Shown here: positions 25,835-38,689 of the stretch, piece after piece
Layout of the letters: each line of letters begins with the position of its first letter
Position numbering within the stretch: the stretch's first letter is position 1
Source: Takakia lepidozioides
Taxonomy: Eukaryota; Plantae; Bryophyta
DNA: 64,000 bases
Reading direction: 5' to 3'
Assembly: GCA_030704615.1 (NCBI GenBank)
Contig: CM060734.1
Coordinates: 32,612,001 to 32,676,000, forward strand
Translations under genes and position numbers: made by a program
The notes under the pieces: model-generated
Told to the model about the DNA's origin: nothing
Database searches by the model: none
What the model saw: the letters and a program-made list of their open reading frames with translations, nothing else

Positions 25835-28765
25835 ACCCACACTCTATCTCTATTCCTTCAGCTATCCATGCCTCTGCACAAATCAAGCATTCATCCTTGT
25901 CTTGCTGCTAGCAGCTGACAATGACAGCCTACATTTGTTCTAGGAAACACCCAACTCAGCGTAGCACACTAGTTCATATGCTGAATTGTGTCTGCTACTC
26001 TCTGAAATGTAGCAGGCATTCACCTTTCTGCCCCGGTTGACCCATCAGTGACTGGGCTCAGATAAGTATTCATTCCACAGCTTCTCCTCATCTCTGTTAC
26101 CTATTTTTTGACACTTTCTTGTTGTCACATTGGCAGTATCATGTCAAAGTCACTCCAAACTAGATTCACTCAACCAGCTAACTTGCAGAATTGAACATGT
26201 AAATTTAGGGCCGATTCTGATAAGAGGGAAAAACAGGGTGAAATGTGTTGAAGAAGATGCCTTCATTAGCAGTGCCTGATTTTATCACTTGTGCCGCTGC
26301 TCCCAGTTGACCATCTACCCATGCAGGTTTCTTGTAGCTATTGATCCATAGGGAATCACAGGTAATCTTGTGCTTGAAATCTGGCCTTCTTGGATGAATC
26401 TGGACCCACACGAAATCCCTGCTCCTTCAGCTATCCATGCCTCTGCACAAATCATGCATACATCCTCGCCTTGCTGCTAGCAGCTGACAATGACAGCCTA
26501 GAATTGTCAAAGCAAACACTAGCAGGGAAAACAGGGTGAAATATGTTGAAGAAGGTACCTTCATCCTTTTCACCATCATTTGCTTTCAGGTGTCCAAAGC
26601 CCCATCCCGCGCTCCTGCTCTACACACCCTTCAAGCATCGCATTCCACAACACCACATCTAGTTCAGCCATAGTGTTGAACACTCCCTTGGCATCCTCAA
26701 TGCTCCCACATTTAGCATACATAGCCACCAGAGCCATGTTCAGGATGACATCTGGTACAATTGCAGATTTGATGATGTCACCAAGGATCTCTTTGCCCTT
26801 TTCCAGGGCTGCAAACGCACACAAACGTTATGTCGGCGGCCTTCACCCCTTCCCCCATCATTTTCTCAAAGGTTGGAGCCTCCATCCCGCACCCCAGCTG
26901 TGCATACCCAGCAAGCATCGCACTCCACGACACCACATCTCGTTCAGCCACAGTGTTGAACACTCCCTTTGCATCCTCAATGCACCCACAATTGGCGTAC
27001 ATGTCCACCAGGGCAGGGGCAGTGTTCAAAAGGACATGTGGTAATTTGACAGGCATTCACCTCCTGACTTGGCTATTCCCAACCCATCCTGCCATTGGCA
27101 AGAGATTCCACAGAAACTGATAGTTGTCTGTTTGATTGTATAACTATGTATCTCTTGCTTTCTTACAACTTGTACTATGACACGCGTAATGCTCTTGTTG
27201 TGTTGAATCATTTCACGCCTTCAGGTTTCAGAACAAACATTACCGTCTTTCTTTATCAGACATGTGCACCAAGACAGAATCTCACCAAAAGATTGTTGGT
27301 GTTCAACAGTACCATACATGAAGATAACTAGCACCAAAAGGGCATATGAAGCTTATTCTGCTCTCCACTGGTATTAACTTGCACCAGGACTTTCAATGGC
27401 TGTCTTCCAGTCCACCCACGGCCCGCTGTAAATGGCTTGCAACCTACAGATTTTCAAGAGAGCTGATTACCATGAAAATTTCAAAACTGGCTTTACAAAC
27501 CTAATAATTCAAGCATAATCAGCATTCAAGCTAAGGAAGCTTTACAAGCATCGTGTTGCGAGTAAAGCCTTGGCAATGTCACCAGGAAATCCCTGGCTGA
27601 ATGGATGACACTGAAATAATGGAGCTTGAAATCCGGACCTCTTGGACGAATTTGGGCCCACACTCTATCCCTGCTCCTTCAGCTATCTATGCCTCTGCAC
27701 AAAATCCTTCAGCTATCTATGCATACATCCTTGCCTTCCTGCTAGCAGCTGACAATGACAGCCTAGAATTGTTCCAGCAAACACCCCCAACCCTACTTAT
27801 CAACGAGCAATGAGCTAACTTACAAAATTCAATATGCATCTCAGGGCGTCTGATGAGAGGGCAAAACATGCTGAAATAGGTCGAAGAAGAAGGTGCCCTC
27901 GCCACACTGTCCTTGACCTTGTGTCATGACCCATGGAGGATTTGACCTTGTGTGTGATGCTTGTGTCTGTAGTCAGGTAATGTCGGATTGGTCAATGAGA
28001 ACCTGCACCACGGTGCAGCTGAGCAGGCAGACTTTGAAACACAGTCTGCTAAGACCAAGCTGACTCTCCCAAGAACCTTGTAAACATCAGGAAGAATATC
28101 AAATCAGGGTACTAACAGGAGCCAACAACCCACATTTGCAGGATGGACAAAATTCTGCACATCGTACATTAAAAAAAACCACACCTTGCGATTGCGGTCG
28201 TACCCTCGTGAAGGATCTTAAAAAAACTCATGCCAGCTCTGCTCCATGATTCAAATTCAGGGCCGAGTCTGATGAGAGGGCAAAATAGGCTGAAATAGGT
28301 CGAAGAAGAAGGTGCCCTCACCACATTGTCCTTGACCTTGTGTCATGACCCATGGAGGATTTGACTGAACATGAACCCAAGATGACCTCTAGTGTGTGCT
28401 GCTTGTGTCTGTAGTTAGGTAATGTCAGATTGGTCAGTGAGAACCACCATGGTGCAGCTGAGTGGGCAGAGATTGTAACACGGCCTACTAAGACCAAGCT
28501 AACTCTCCCAAGAACCTTGTAAACATCAGGAAGAATACCAAATCATGGTACTAACAGGAGAGCCAACCCACATTTGCAGGATGGACAAACTTCTTCACAT
28601 CGTACATTAAGAAAAAGCCACACCTTGCGATTGCGGTTGTCCCACCATCGTGAAGGATCTTTTAGAAACTCATGCCAGCTCTGCTCCGTGCTGTAAAATC
28701 AGGGCCGAGCGGGTAGAGATTGAAACACGGCCTGCTAAGACAAAGCTGACTCTCCCAAGAACGGC
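25835..28765 (-). pseudogene. Captured, scrambled fragments of a PDF-PPR gene (PDF exons, introns and PLS repeats)
   Basis: High similarity to 56160-57660 including introns; IHPRRPDFKHKITCDSLWINSYKKPAWVDGQL at ~26400-26305, PPR pieces at 26575-27030, duplicated first-PDF exons at 27900-28690; stops and deletions. Confidence 0.9.
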
Positions 28766-29009
28766 GGGCTCCCAGCCGAAACCTCCTCGCACACATACCC
28801 TAGCGTTTCTAGGGTTGCTTGCTCCAGATGCGAAGGTTGATCCAACTGCGGGCCTCCCATGCATGTTTGCCCTCTCTCCCGCTCGCTCGCTCTAAGTCCC
28901 AACCCTCTCTCTCTCTCCCTCCCGCTCGCTCTAAGTCTGTTCACGCTACTGTGATGGGCAACTTTTTAAGTTTTTTAACCTTTTTGTAAACCCTAAAAGC
29001 CCATTTTTG

Positions 29010-29220
29010 ATTTTTTTTCTTTTTTTTTTTTCCTTAAAGGAAACCACAAGCCCTTGAGGAGGGGGAAAATTCACCCGCCTTCATTTATGGGCCATAAGAC
29101 CTACAGGACGATCAACGTCAAGACATACCGTCTCGAACAATCCCACACACGGGATAAGGGCAGCGGGTTTGAACCCCAAACCACAAAGGCGACACACTGT
29201 GCACTTACCAGCCGATGTGA
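29010..29220 (-). mobile_element. Probable tRNA-derived SINE
   Basis: Minus strand has an A-box-like tcggctggtaag, a B-box ggttcaaaccc and an A-rich 3' tail (T-run at ~29010-29031 on +). Confidence 0.5.
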
Positions 29221-30499
29221 TTTTTTTAAATCTTTGTTTTTTTTGGGTTTTTTTAATTCATTCTAGTGGTAAGAGTCTCCGTTTTTTAAAGATATAAATA
29301 CTCATATATTATATATATAACCAGAAAAGCATGTGTCGACACGTGTAGTCATGTAGTGATTCATCCATGTGATGATCTGGCATAATGCATTAGAGTGAGA
29401 GTCATGAAGTCATATGTCTGTCTTGCAATATGCACACGTCATTCTAGTGTAGCCATGACCGTGACTGGTAGTCATATCTGCCATGCCAATATTCGTGGTC
29501 AAACATGTTTGACCTGTGTTGCGCAGAGTCCGAAGCCATGCAGTCGCATATACACCTTCTCCAGACCTGCATTATGACTTCAAAAGCATTTTACGACTGC
29601 AAATGGCATTTCTGCCACAAATCTGTCATGACTGCGCACCCATGGGAGTCATAAAAGCCGCAATTTGTTGTAGTGGCACTGAGGATCATTGTTTGGAGGT
29701 TGATAGTGAGGATACGGCATGTGCCCATGCAGATTATACCCTGACATGGCAAGATACTGCGGGTATATAGGCGGATACGAGGGAGGAGCCGATACTGGTG
29801 GATACAAGGGAGCTGGAATGTCAGTCTGTGGAGTGGGCGGGGCTGGGTTTTCGTAAGTTGGAACAGACGCACCACTCATCACAGCAGCTGGCGCAATAGT
29901 TGATGCACACTTCGCTGGAGTAAGAGACTTATGCTCGTTCGCATCCTTCCCTGCAATTCCTTTCATTTTTTTTACTGAACTCCGCACACATTGCTCAACA
30001 TAAACATGAGAAACAATATAATTCTCATACTCGTCCACTCGAACATGCATGAATTCCAGAAGCAAATGTAACAATGCTTCATTGTGATCTAAACTGGGGC
30101 TGGAAACCTATACATAAATGTTAAAGGTGCCCAGAATGCTGACCCAAAAATCTCTGAAGTCGGAGGGAGTGAACTTTCCAAACTTGAGAGGCCCAGACTT
30201 CTGTAACATTCCATACATGGCATTGTGTCTGTACCTCTGTTCAGCATATTCAAAATTTCAGGCTGAGGCTCGGGTTATATTCGAACAATCCCTAAATTTG
30301 TCCAAAGAGGTACTCAAAAGGAAAAAGAGGCAACATTTATATACCATCATGAAGGAGAGTCAAGCATACCATAAGAGTACCAACACTCACATTGCTGAAA
30401 ACAAAGGCACATGGTCCATAAGTTGAATTGGCAAAGAGATGTTGGAGGGTTTAGGGGTAAGGACTTCAAGTGCCTCTAGTGCTGCACTGTCTATCTGGC

Positions 30500-30955
30500 T
30501 TTGTTGCCAGATTTGCAATCCCTCTTTCCTCTCTATTTGTTGTTCAAAGGTATTCTTCCCGCCCTGAATTTAAATTTCAGTCTAGTGCCGAGGGTGGGTA
30601 AACCCTTGAGGTCATCCCATGTCACAGATTGGAAACAAGTTCAGGGAAGTTTTCAGCCTAACTTCATTTTCATCAGAGAATTTCTTGCAACAGACATGGC
30701 TTTGGACACTATAGCCTCTAAGTCAGATTTATCCAGCAGGGTCAAGACTTGCGGGCTGAGATTCAGATCCTTGAGAATCTCTTGTATTCTCTTCCACCAG
30801 GACTTAGCCTGTTTGACAGGGTGATCCTGCTTCCAAGACGTGTCGGGAGCTTAAGGGATGCCAAACTCACCCCGAACAACCACATTGGCTGTTTTGGAGC
30901 ATGCTGACATGCACTCCGTAAGCACCCCACTTGAATGGATTCTAGAGACTTTGCA
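30500..30955 (-). mobile_element. LINE fragment, same family as 15950-16950
   Basis: Reverse complement of ~16005-16545 with internal deletions. Confidence 0.75.
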
Positions 30956-31526
30956 ATAGAGACTGAGAGATAGATGTACTCATGAGACCAACTTAGTACC
31001 CACTGTAGTCGGTGTAGAAATGAAGGGCAGAGATCTCTATGGTTTTAAGCAAGCACTGGTTTGCTTTAAGTAAAGGCTAAGGCTGACTAGGAGGTCACTG
31101 ACTTACAGTCCACATGCTAGCACAAATGTCGGTTTCCTGGAAATCCCAGTATGACAGTACACTTAATATGAATATTGTTCAGTGATGTCTGTCACTATGA
31201 AGAAAAGTGGTTTTTTGAAGGGTTTTCTAACAAACCCCACCACCCACCCCAATCACCCAGAAGTGTGAAACAAATCAGGAGCAAGACTAGTTTAGGAGAA
31301 GGGGTGATGGTGCCTTGCAATGCAAGGCTGTTTTGTCCTTGTTTTTTTTAAAGAAAAAATTCTGATCTGGTCAAGTCCTGACAGATCCTTCCTTGTTGTA
31401 ACAAGACAAGCCCTATCTCTCTCCTTCCCTCTGTTTTGTTGCGTCCAAACTGGTGGCGGGATCTATGGCCACAAGGCTATGGCAAAAACGTCTTATGAGT
31501 TCATTCTCTCTCCTCCCTCTCTGTAG

Positions 31527-31662
31527 AAAGACAAGCATGCGAATGAAAATTTCAGGAGGGCAAACTTCACATCAGCTGACATGAGGGAGTCAAACTTCAG
31601 TGGAAGCACCTTCAATGGTGCCTACCTTGATAAAGTTGTTGCTTTCATAACTAATTTTCATG
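31527..31662 (+). pseudogene. Isolated exon fragment of thylakoid-lumen pentapeptide-repeat protein (TL20.3/At1g12250-like)
   Basis: Translates KDKHANENFRRANFTSADMRESNFSGSTFNGAYLDKVVAFITNFHG followed by donor gtatgt; no other exons seen. Confidence 0.8.
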
Positions 31663-31759
31663 GTATGTGTCGTCACATAACTTGTATCTATCATTTTATG
31701 TGCACTATGATATACAAGTGCAGAAATAAACATTAACCCACCCTTCTGTCTGTCTTCTC

Positions 31760-32310
31760 TCAGCAAAGTTAGGCATAAAACTTTCCTGAACTTGTTTCCA
31801 GAATGTGACATGGGTGAGGACCTTAAGGATGATCTGAAGGGCCTACCTACCGTCAGCACTAGACTCAAACCCAGGGCAGGGAGTTTTTGAACAGTAAACA
31901 GAATGGAGAGAGGTAAGGGAGATTGTCAATGTCGGGTATGCAGGCGGCCTGAAGACAATATCCATTTCCTGATACAATATCCAAGGTACTCTCATCAGAG
32001 AGTGACCCTCTTCAGGACCATCAAGAACATTGTCCATGCACCTCTATTCACCAACTGAAATCTCGAGGCCGAGCCTAAAGCCCTGGCCCTGTTGTGGTCG
32101 GTGGGTAGCTCACACACAGGAGATTGATGCGCTAGTGAAGGGCTTTCTAGAGAAGATCTGGAAAGCCCAAACTGATTGTTTATATGAGTAAGTCCCACTA
32201 CTGGAGTAAGGCCCTCACAAAGGTAGTGACTGTTCCATCTTGTTCTACCCAACTGGGCGTGGGGTCTATGGCCACAAGGCTACAACACATATCATCTTGT
32301 GAGTACTCAA
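31760..32310 (+). mobile_element. Diverged LINE 3' fragment, same family
   Basis: Aligns by eye with 16375-16940, ending in ggccacaaggctac...gagtac. Confidence 0.7.
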
Positions 32311-33134
32311 ACACAGTTTGAAGAATGAAACCACTCAGCTGGCCTGTAAACTGAGGTTGATCCAAGTCAGGACGAGTCTTCGGAACACTCTGGTATCAGA
32401 TCCCAAGGGTAGATTACTTCCGTAAAATACTTCCTTCAAGGAAACATGAGGCTGTCGTCAAGTGTTGTACCATTCGTCCTAGGGAGTGGCTGCCTCATGC
32501 CATAGGCGATTTCCATCACCTATCCAATGTACTCTGTGGCAAAACTTACACATATAGCTTAGAGACCCATGAAAGGTGAAGGACCCTCACCTGCACCCGT
32601 CCCAAAAACCACCACATCCAACAGAATGCATGTTAGTGAGGATGTGCAAGGTGAGTAGCAGGTCTTCACGCTTGCTATCGTTGTCCAACATGTAGATCTA
32701 AGCAAGTGAAAGATTGCAAGAGTAACAGTAAAGGTGTGACATTGCACAGAACCTTGAAAGTTTGAGGCAGGCCAGTCTGCAACGTTGCGCATATCCGTTC
32801 ACACAACAAGTAATTGCAAAGCACATGTAAGGGTTGAGTGAACTTCATGTTCGTCTTGGTGTCTCTCATTGTCTGTTTGCTATTTCTTCCTTTTAGAGCT
32901 TACTATGCATGGCAACCACAGTAGTGGCTGGTGAGGTCAAGACTAGCTACTTCCATCTCCTCATTCTGAGCTTGATCTTTACTTCAGTTACATCAAGTAC
33001 AAAAGTGACATCAGGAGGCAAGTAGAGAGTGACAGTCAAGAGAATAAAATTGGGTCACATAATGGATCACACATGATACAAAATGATAGACCTAAGGAGA
33101 AAGAAAATGTATGAGATATTCAAGATGAGCACTG

Positions 33135-33297
33135 GGGCTGGCTCCAGGGAAGAGGAGTCGTTCTGGCACAGAGTTTGGCAGATGTGAAACGGGCCATTGA
33201 GGGGTATCCTGGTTCAAATTTGCTGGCACAAAAGTACCTGACAAAGACAATGCTGATAAATGGTTACAATTTTGACCTGCGCATTTATGTACTTATT
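33135..33297 (+). pseudogene. Fragment of a tubulin-tyrosine-ligase-like (TTLL) gene
   Basis: LQGRGVVL...LLAQKYLTKTMLINGYNFDLRIYVL matches the TTL-family QGRGI / VQxYIxxPLLIxGxKFDLRxYVL signature; truncated against the TnpA-like exon. Confidence 0.75.
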
Positions 33298-36173
33298 CCA
33301 TGGAGACAGAACTTTGGTGCAGATCGCAAACCTGCTGATGGGTTGGGGAGTTTGCAGGGTGCTTTGCGCGCTTTGTCTTTGTTGGGGCTTCTTTCGTCAT
33401 TTCCATCTCTGACTCCGAGCTAGTCTCATTCAAATCTTCATGTGCGGCATAATCTTGGTCTCGCTGCAGTTCTTGCTCTCGTGCCTCCTCTGCGTCTGAC
33501 TGCGCTTGAACTTGCGCTTCCTCCTCTTGCTCTACGTCTTTCTCCCATTGTGACATTGCAGAGTGCAGGAGTTGAACTCTGTGACTTCGGCGAGGAGGAC
33601 CTGTGTGTTTGAGGATTTCCTCAACGAGGCGTTTAGGGCGACTCAAGCTCTCTTCGACGCTGCAAAGAAGAAGAAAGACAAAGTCAGCAGCTGCAAAACC
33701 CTAACATATCCTCTCTGCAGGTTTGGAGCTTTTAATGCGGTTTCATGGCTAGGGCTAGGTAGGGGATATGAAAAAAATGGAAGTTCGGACCTCTTTGCAA
33801 TGTCGTAGATCTTGAGCCGCGCGAAGAATGCCTTGTTCTCCGCTTGACGCTTTGCTCGTTCTACCTCCCTCGTTGTAGGCTTGCGCCCTGGTGTAACTTC
33901 TGGACACTCTATTTGGGTCTCCATTTTCTAACAAGTCTCGCTCACTCGCCAAAGATGATCCCTCCTACTGCCCGTCGATTGCAAAGGCGGACACAAGCAG
34001 AACATGACGATGACAGACTGTGGAAACTAGAGGAAGCGCAAGCAAGAAGACTGGGTCTTCGGAAAATTCTATGTCCATGCGATGCCTGTCATAGTGGGAA
34101 CTGGCAAACCATTGGCCGGGCTAAGCGTCATCTGCTTCTGAACTTGCAAGATCCTAACTTACGAGAACTCCCGGTGCATCTCTCTGGATTCTCTTCCCTT
34201 TGCAGATGCATACTTTGAAATTATAAGAAACAGTTCAAATTCCTGGTAGCGGTATTGTTGTAAGGTGTAGAGTATTGTACATGCCCGTTTTCCTATTGCC
34301 ACGTGGCTGTAAAATGGCACGTTGCACATCCATTATTGCAAATGAAAAAACTCTCCATCTTATAGTGGACTGACATGTGGCATCTGATATGTACTAAGCA
34401 GGAAAACTTTGGAGACGAACATGAGGGGTTTAGGACGGAAACCAGCCCTGCAGGTGGTCCTGATACCTTGGATCGTAATCTTGACATGCTTAGAATGCTC
34501 CGGGAGACATTCGCAACTATAGATAATGGGGTGCAAACTGGTGATGCACATGAGGAAACGGGAGATGGAACACAGGGCCAATGGGACACAGATGGAGTGC
34601 CAGAGCAAATTGATGGTGGACTGCAAAGCGATGGTGATCGTGGTGGAGCGAGTGCCTTACATTTTGAGCACGAGGCATCCAGGGCTTTATATGTAGGGAG
34701 TTCTTCCTCTTGATTGTCTGCTACCTTACTGCTGTTAAATTCTTGTCAAACCCATGGTGTGTCAAACACCTTTGTCGATGAACTCCTTACATTGTTAGGA
34801 AGACAACTGTTGCCAGCAGACAATTGTCTGCCAAAGTCCCACTATGAGGCAAAACAACTCATAATGGAACTCGGGCTTCATTACGAGAGTATACATGCAT
34901 GTCCGAAAGGTTGTGTGTTGTTCGACATTTCCCTATCATTCCAAGGCTGCTTCGAATGTATAAAGCCAAGTCCATCTCAGAGTTAATGTCATGGCACTTT
35001 AAGAATCGAAGTCAGGATGGCTTGGTTAGGCGCCCAGCAGACAACAAGGCTTGGGCCCACATTGACCAAAAATGGCCTGAGTTTGCAGCGGACCCCAGAA
35101 ATCTGCGATTGGGTCTCGCATGGGATGGTGTCAATCCTCACAGTGATAAATCAAACAAATGGTCAACATGGCCTGTCATGTTGGTGAACTATAATCTTCC
35201 ACCCTGGCTCTGTACTAAGCCATTTCTCACGATGTTGGCTTTATTGATTCCTGGACCACAATCTGTGGGAAATGACAATGCAGATGTTTATCTGCAGCCC
35301 CTTGTGGATGAGCTGAAATTGTTGTGGGAAGTTGGTGTGGAGGCATTGGATGGAAGCAGACCAGTGGGACAACAGTCATTTCGCATGAGGGCCATCTTGA
35401 TGTGGTCAATCCACGACTTTCTAGCTTATGGGTTGCTAGCAGGATGCGCACACGGGGGATACAAGGCCTGCCCAGCTTGCGGCCCTAATGTTGATTCCAG
35501 GTACTCCAAGGCATGCAAAAATGTTTTGTATCTTGGTCATAGGAGATACTTGCCTGCTGTTCATCCCTACAGGAATAACTCATCCCACTTTAATGGACAT
35601 GTGGAACATAGAGAAGCTCCTATGGTGGTCACTGCAAGTGAGCAATTTGACCGGGCTACAGCCAGAGAGTTGTATCTTGCAATGGGAGGGGTTGAGGGGG
35701 GAAAACATGACCCTTCAAAGGAATATGGCATGAAACGGGTCACTATTTTGAACCAATTGCCATACTGGAAAGACTTACTTATCCGATACACACTGGATGT
35801 GATGCATTGTGAAAAAAAATTGTGTGAGAATGTACTGAGAACCATTCTTGGGGAGAAGGACACAACCACATCTAGGAAGGATATGGAACTAAATGTCATT
35901 CGTGAACACTTGTGGTTGAGACCAGTGTTGGGCGGTTACCCGCCTGGGCCCCGGGTAACCGCCGGTTCCGGTTCCGGTTATGTGGAACCGGACCGGAACT
36001 GGACCCGCCTGTGCAGAACCGGAACCGGAACCGGAACCGCTCATTGGGGATTGTGTGGGAACCGGAACCGGCGGTTCCAGCTACAACCACATGTGTGGGA
36101 ACCGGCGGTTCCAGCTCCAAAGCGGTTCCGGTTCCGGTTCCGGTGCCGGTCCACCCGTGGGCTGTAGCCCTAA

Positions 36174-36446
36174 GTGTCTCTACGTCCCCAGAACGCGGCC
36201 CGAGCTCGGATTGGCCTCCGGCCCCTTCAGTGGGACGACCGTCTCGCAGGTTACGCACACTGGTGGGCCGTTGAAAGACGAGAGTATGGCGATTGCCAAC
36301 TCCAGCACTCGGGAGGGCCAGCTGCAACCACTAGTCGCCCGCTCAGCATTGTTGCGGCGACGAAGAAGGCCGTTGTGGTGCTCAAAGGAACTTCGAACGT
36401 AGAAGGCGTTGTCAATTTGGTCCAGGAAGATGATGGTTATTTCTGA
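36174..36446 (+). other. Chimeric captured ORF: PR-1/CAP N-terminal fragment fused in frame to a chloroplast Cu/Zn-SOD exon fragment
   Basis: [39 protein letters not shown] (PR-1) then [35 protein letters not shown] (CSD2-like). Confidence 0.85.
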
Positions 36447-38689
36447 AGACCTCTCTGATTGTGGTTTTGCATGTTGTGAAGAAATGTAGATATAGCTGTC
36501 AGACGAAATGAAAATGAAGCATTGTGATCTTTGTTATAGATGGGAGTGAAAGTGATCATGGTACTGTTTGTTTAGGGTTTGGAGATGTATTTAGCTCCAA
36601 CGGGGCATGCGATTGAAGAACGGTTTTAGAACACAGAATTCGTTGGCCGTGGTTTCTGCTGAATTCTCCCTACTTAAAACTTGAGACATTCCCCAGCGTC
36701 TTTGCATGCTGGGACCAGAGTGCCTGACAATGGCAGTGTGCGACCACTTTATCCCTATCATATGATTAATGCATTCCAGACATCGAACAGAACTACCGTG
36801 AGAACACATTGCACGGGAATCCCTGAACCACCACGGAGGAAGAATCTCTAAAGTTCGCATCTGCAGTAGGAGTAAGCGCTAGGGATTTGGATTGACATCT
36901 GCTAAGGCGAGAGGTCAGTTGAGGCCCTCCAAATTATACACAAGGAAATTTGTGTAGTTCTATTTCTGCACTCTGACTTTCGCCACTCTTTTCCAGACTG
37001 TGTTGTTTGTTGTGCCTCAGTATGGCAATATTGGGACAAAGTCAGAGAGAGACAGTATCCTGTGGGGACTACACTTTAAGGAAAATTGCTTTTCGACCAA
37101 GTTTGAATAGGGAGGTGTGATTTTTGAGCAGGTCCCACAACGGTGAATGTGAAGATTACTGGCCTTGCACCTGGCAAGCATGGTTTTCACCTAGTAACCA
37201 CTTTTGGCTTCAACTTTTTGCTTTTGCATCTTTATATCCGAGATTGGAACATGTATAAGTAATGCCACTCTTGAATGGCAGAGGCCTAGCTCTGGAGAAG
37301 CACACATTTTGGAACTTGTGATTAATTTTTATTATTTGTTGCTCAATCCACTTCAAGGTTTTGCAGAAATTTGGGAGGCTTTGCATTGTATGACTGCTGC
37401 GTTTCAGCTGGTCATGAATTTATCTGCCATTGTGCTTTGGGACACCAAGGGCTTTCAACTCCTAGAAGTGTACTGATTGAGGGAGAGAGAAAAGGGATGA
37501 CGGGCTTTCTAGTGGAGCAATTTTTCCGGGTGCTGGGGTGGGCTTTCCTTCCAGTTATGAGCAGCGTGGTATGATGGTTGCAGGTCTTTTTTCATCCAAA
37601 TAGCCAGGGCAGGTGTTCCTCTTTTCGTTGTGTGTCAGGGATCTTGAACAATGTTGACTGGCGAGAGGAGGTATGTGAGCAGCCATCCCCCCGTCTCTTC
37701 CATCTCTCCTTAAGGGGCTCTCTCGTTCATAGTTTCTGGCTACTCCACGTGGCACTGCATTTTGGCTGTCTTCACTTGTTTATCTTGTACGTCCGTCATT
37801 TTCTAAGCAATTCCCTGTCATTTCTACCTACTTGTTCACCCTTCCCTGGCCAGATTTCAGACCTGCTCTTACAAGGTTTGACAGTCATCATTGTCTTACT
37901 TTTTGCACTCTTACAGTGTCAGGCATGCTTATATTATGGACACTATCCTCTTCCACCTTCTGAAAGACCATGTCTCCAGACCCTTGTTGTTAAGCTTGAC
38001 CTAACTTCACTACTGGAAAGCTTGCATTAAGCGAGTTGTCCAAGTGTGAGGTTGTGGTCTGTTGCCTGGGTTGGAGTTGTGAAATCGATGTGTATTGCTA
38101 CCTGGAATATGTGTGGGTTTTAAGGTTACAGTTCAATGGTAGATTTTAATGATGTATTTGGGTTGAGTTGCTGCAGCACACCCACCAATGGATGCATGTC
38201 TTTGTTAACACAGTTCACTTTTAGCCTCATAGTTTTGTATACTAGCATATGAAGGGTTAACCCATGGAATCATCACTCTAGTGACCTCCTATGCTACTTT
38301 ATGCCTGCACCTGTGTTTGGAATGTGCCACCAGTTTGTATCTGTTAAATCCTCTATGCTATTAAAAATGTGCTAAATGCTAAGTGTGCTGTCGTGGCCTT
38401 CTCTAGGGCTTTTGCAATTACCTTTCAGTAGAGATTACAGAAAATCAACCTGATCTTGGTTGTCAGTGATTTAGTCATCCAGTCGTCTCCAAGTGCTGTT
38501 CAGCTACTGAAGAGGGCTTTTCAAAAGAGAATGATCTAAGCAATCGAGTGGATATCAATGCTGTAGCAAGTAGAGTTAGTGACGTTGGTAAGCATCCACC
38601 ACTTTTGGTTATTTTACTGTTTTTAGCTTTAGTTCACCATGAAGCTAATGAGCTTCCTTCTTTTCTTATGGCATGTGGTGCAAGAGGTA

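Larger units (their letters stand above)
24662..29675. mobile_element. Non-autonomous Pack-CACTA element (5014 bp)
   Basis: TIR CACTACAACAAATTGCGGCTTTTA at 24662, inverted copy ending at 29675; 3-bp TSD GCA (24659-24661, 29676-29678); atgactgc/gcagtcat subterminal repeats; no transposase inside. Confidence 0.92.
21986..33924 (-). pseudogene. CACTA TnpA-like accessory gene, fragmented (33924-33295, ~30500-29676, 24661-21986), with FCP1/NIF-like domain and TNP1/DUF8039-like C-terminus
   Basis: PKPHHVPDKTWAQLVVSWGSTDFKKFQANGVKARGCVKNTSRSGRSG resembles Ptta/En/Spm transposase_24; C-terminal GDKVLL..GVGYI..YYRIHVKLV..LLYPD..TTLGDTQGSSTLW; frame runs across the nested element (NNDPQC|QNYNSF). Stops and frameshifts present. 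Confidence 0.6.

Noticed and set aside
35896-36402. GT/EP/RN dipeptide-repeat ORFs
   Set aside because: Translations of hAT subterminal GAACCG hexamers.
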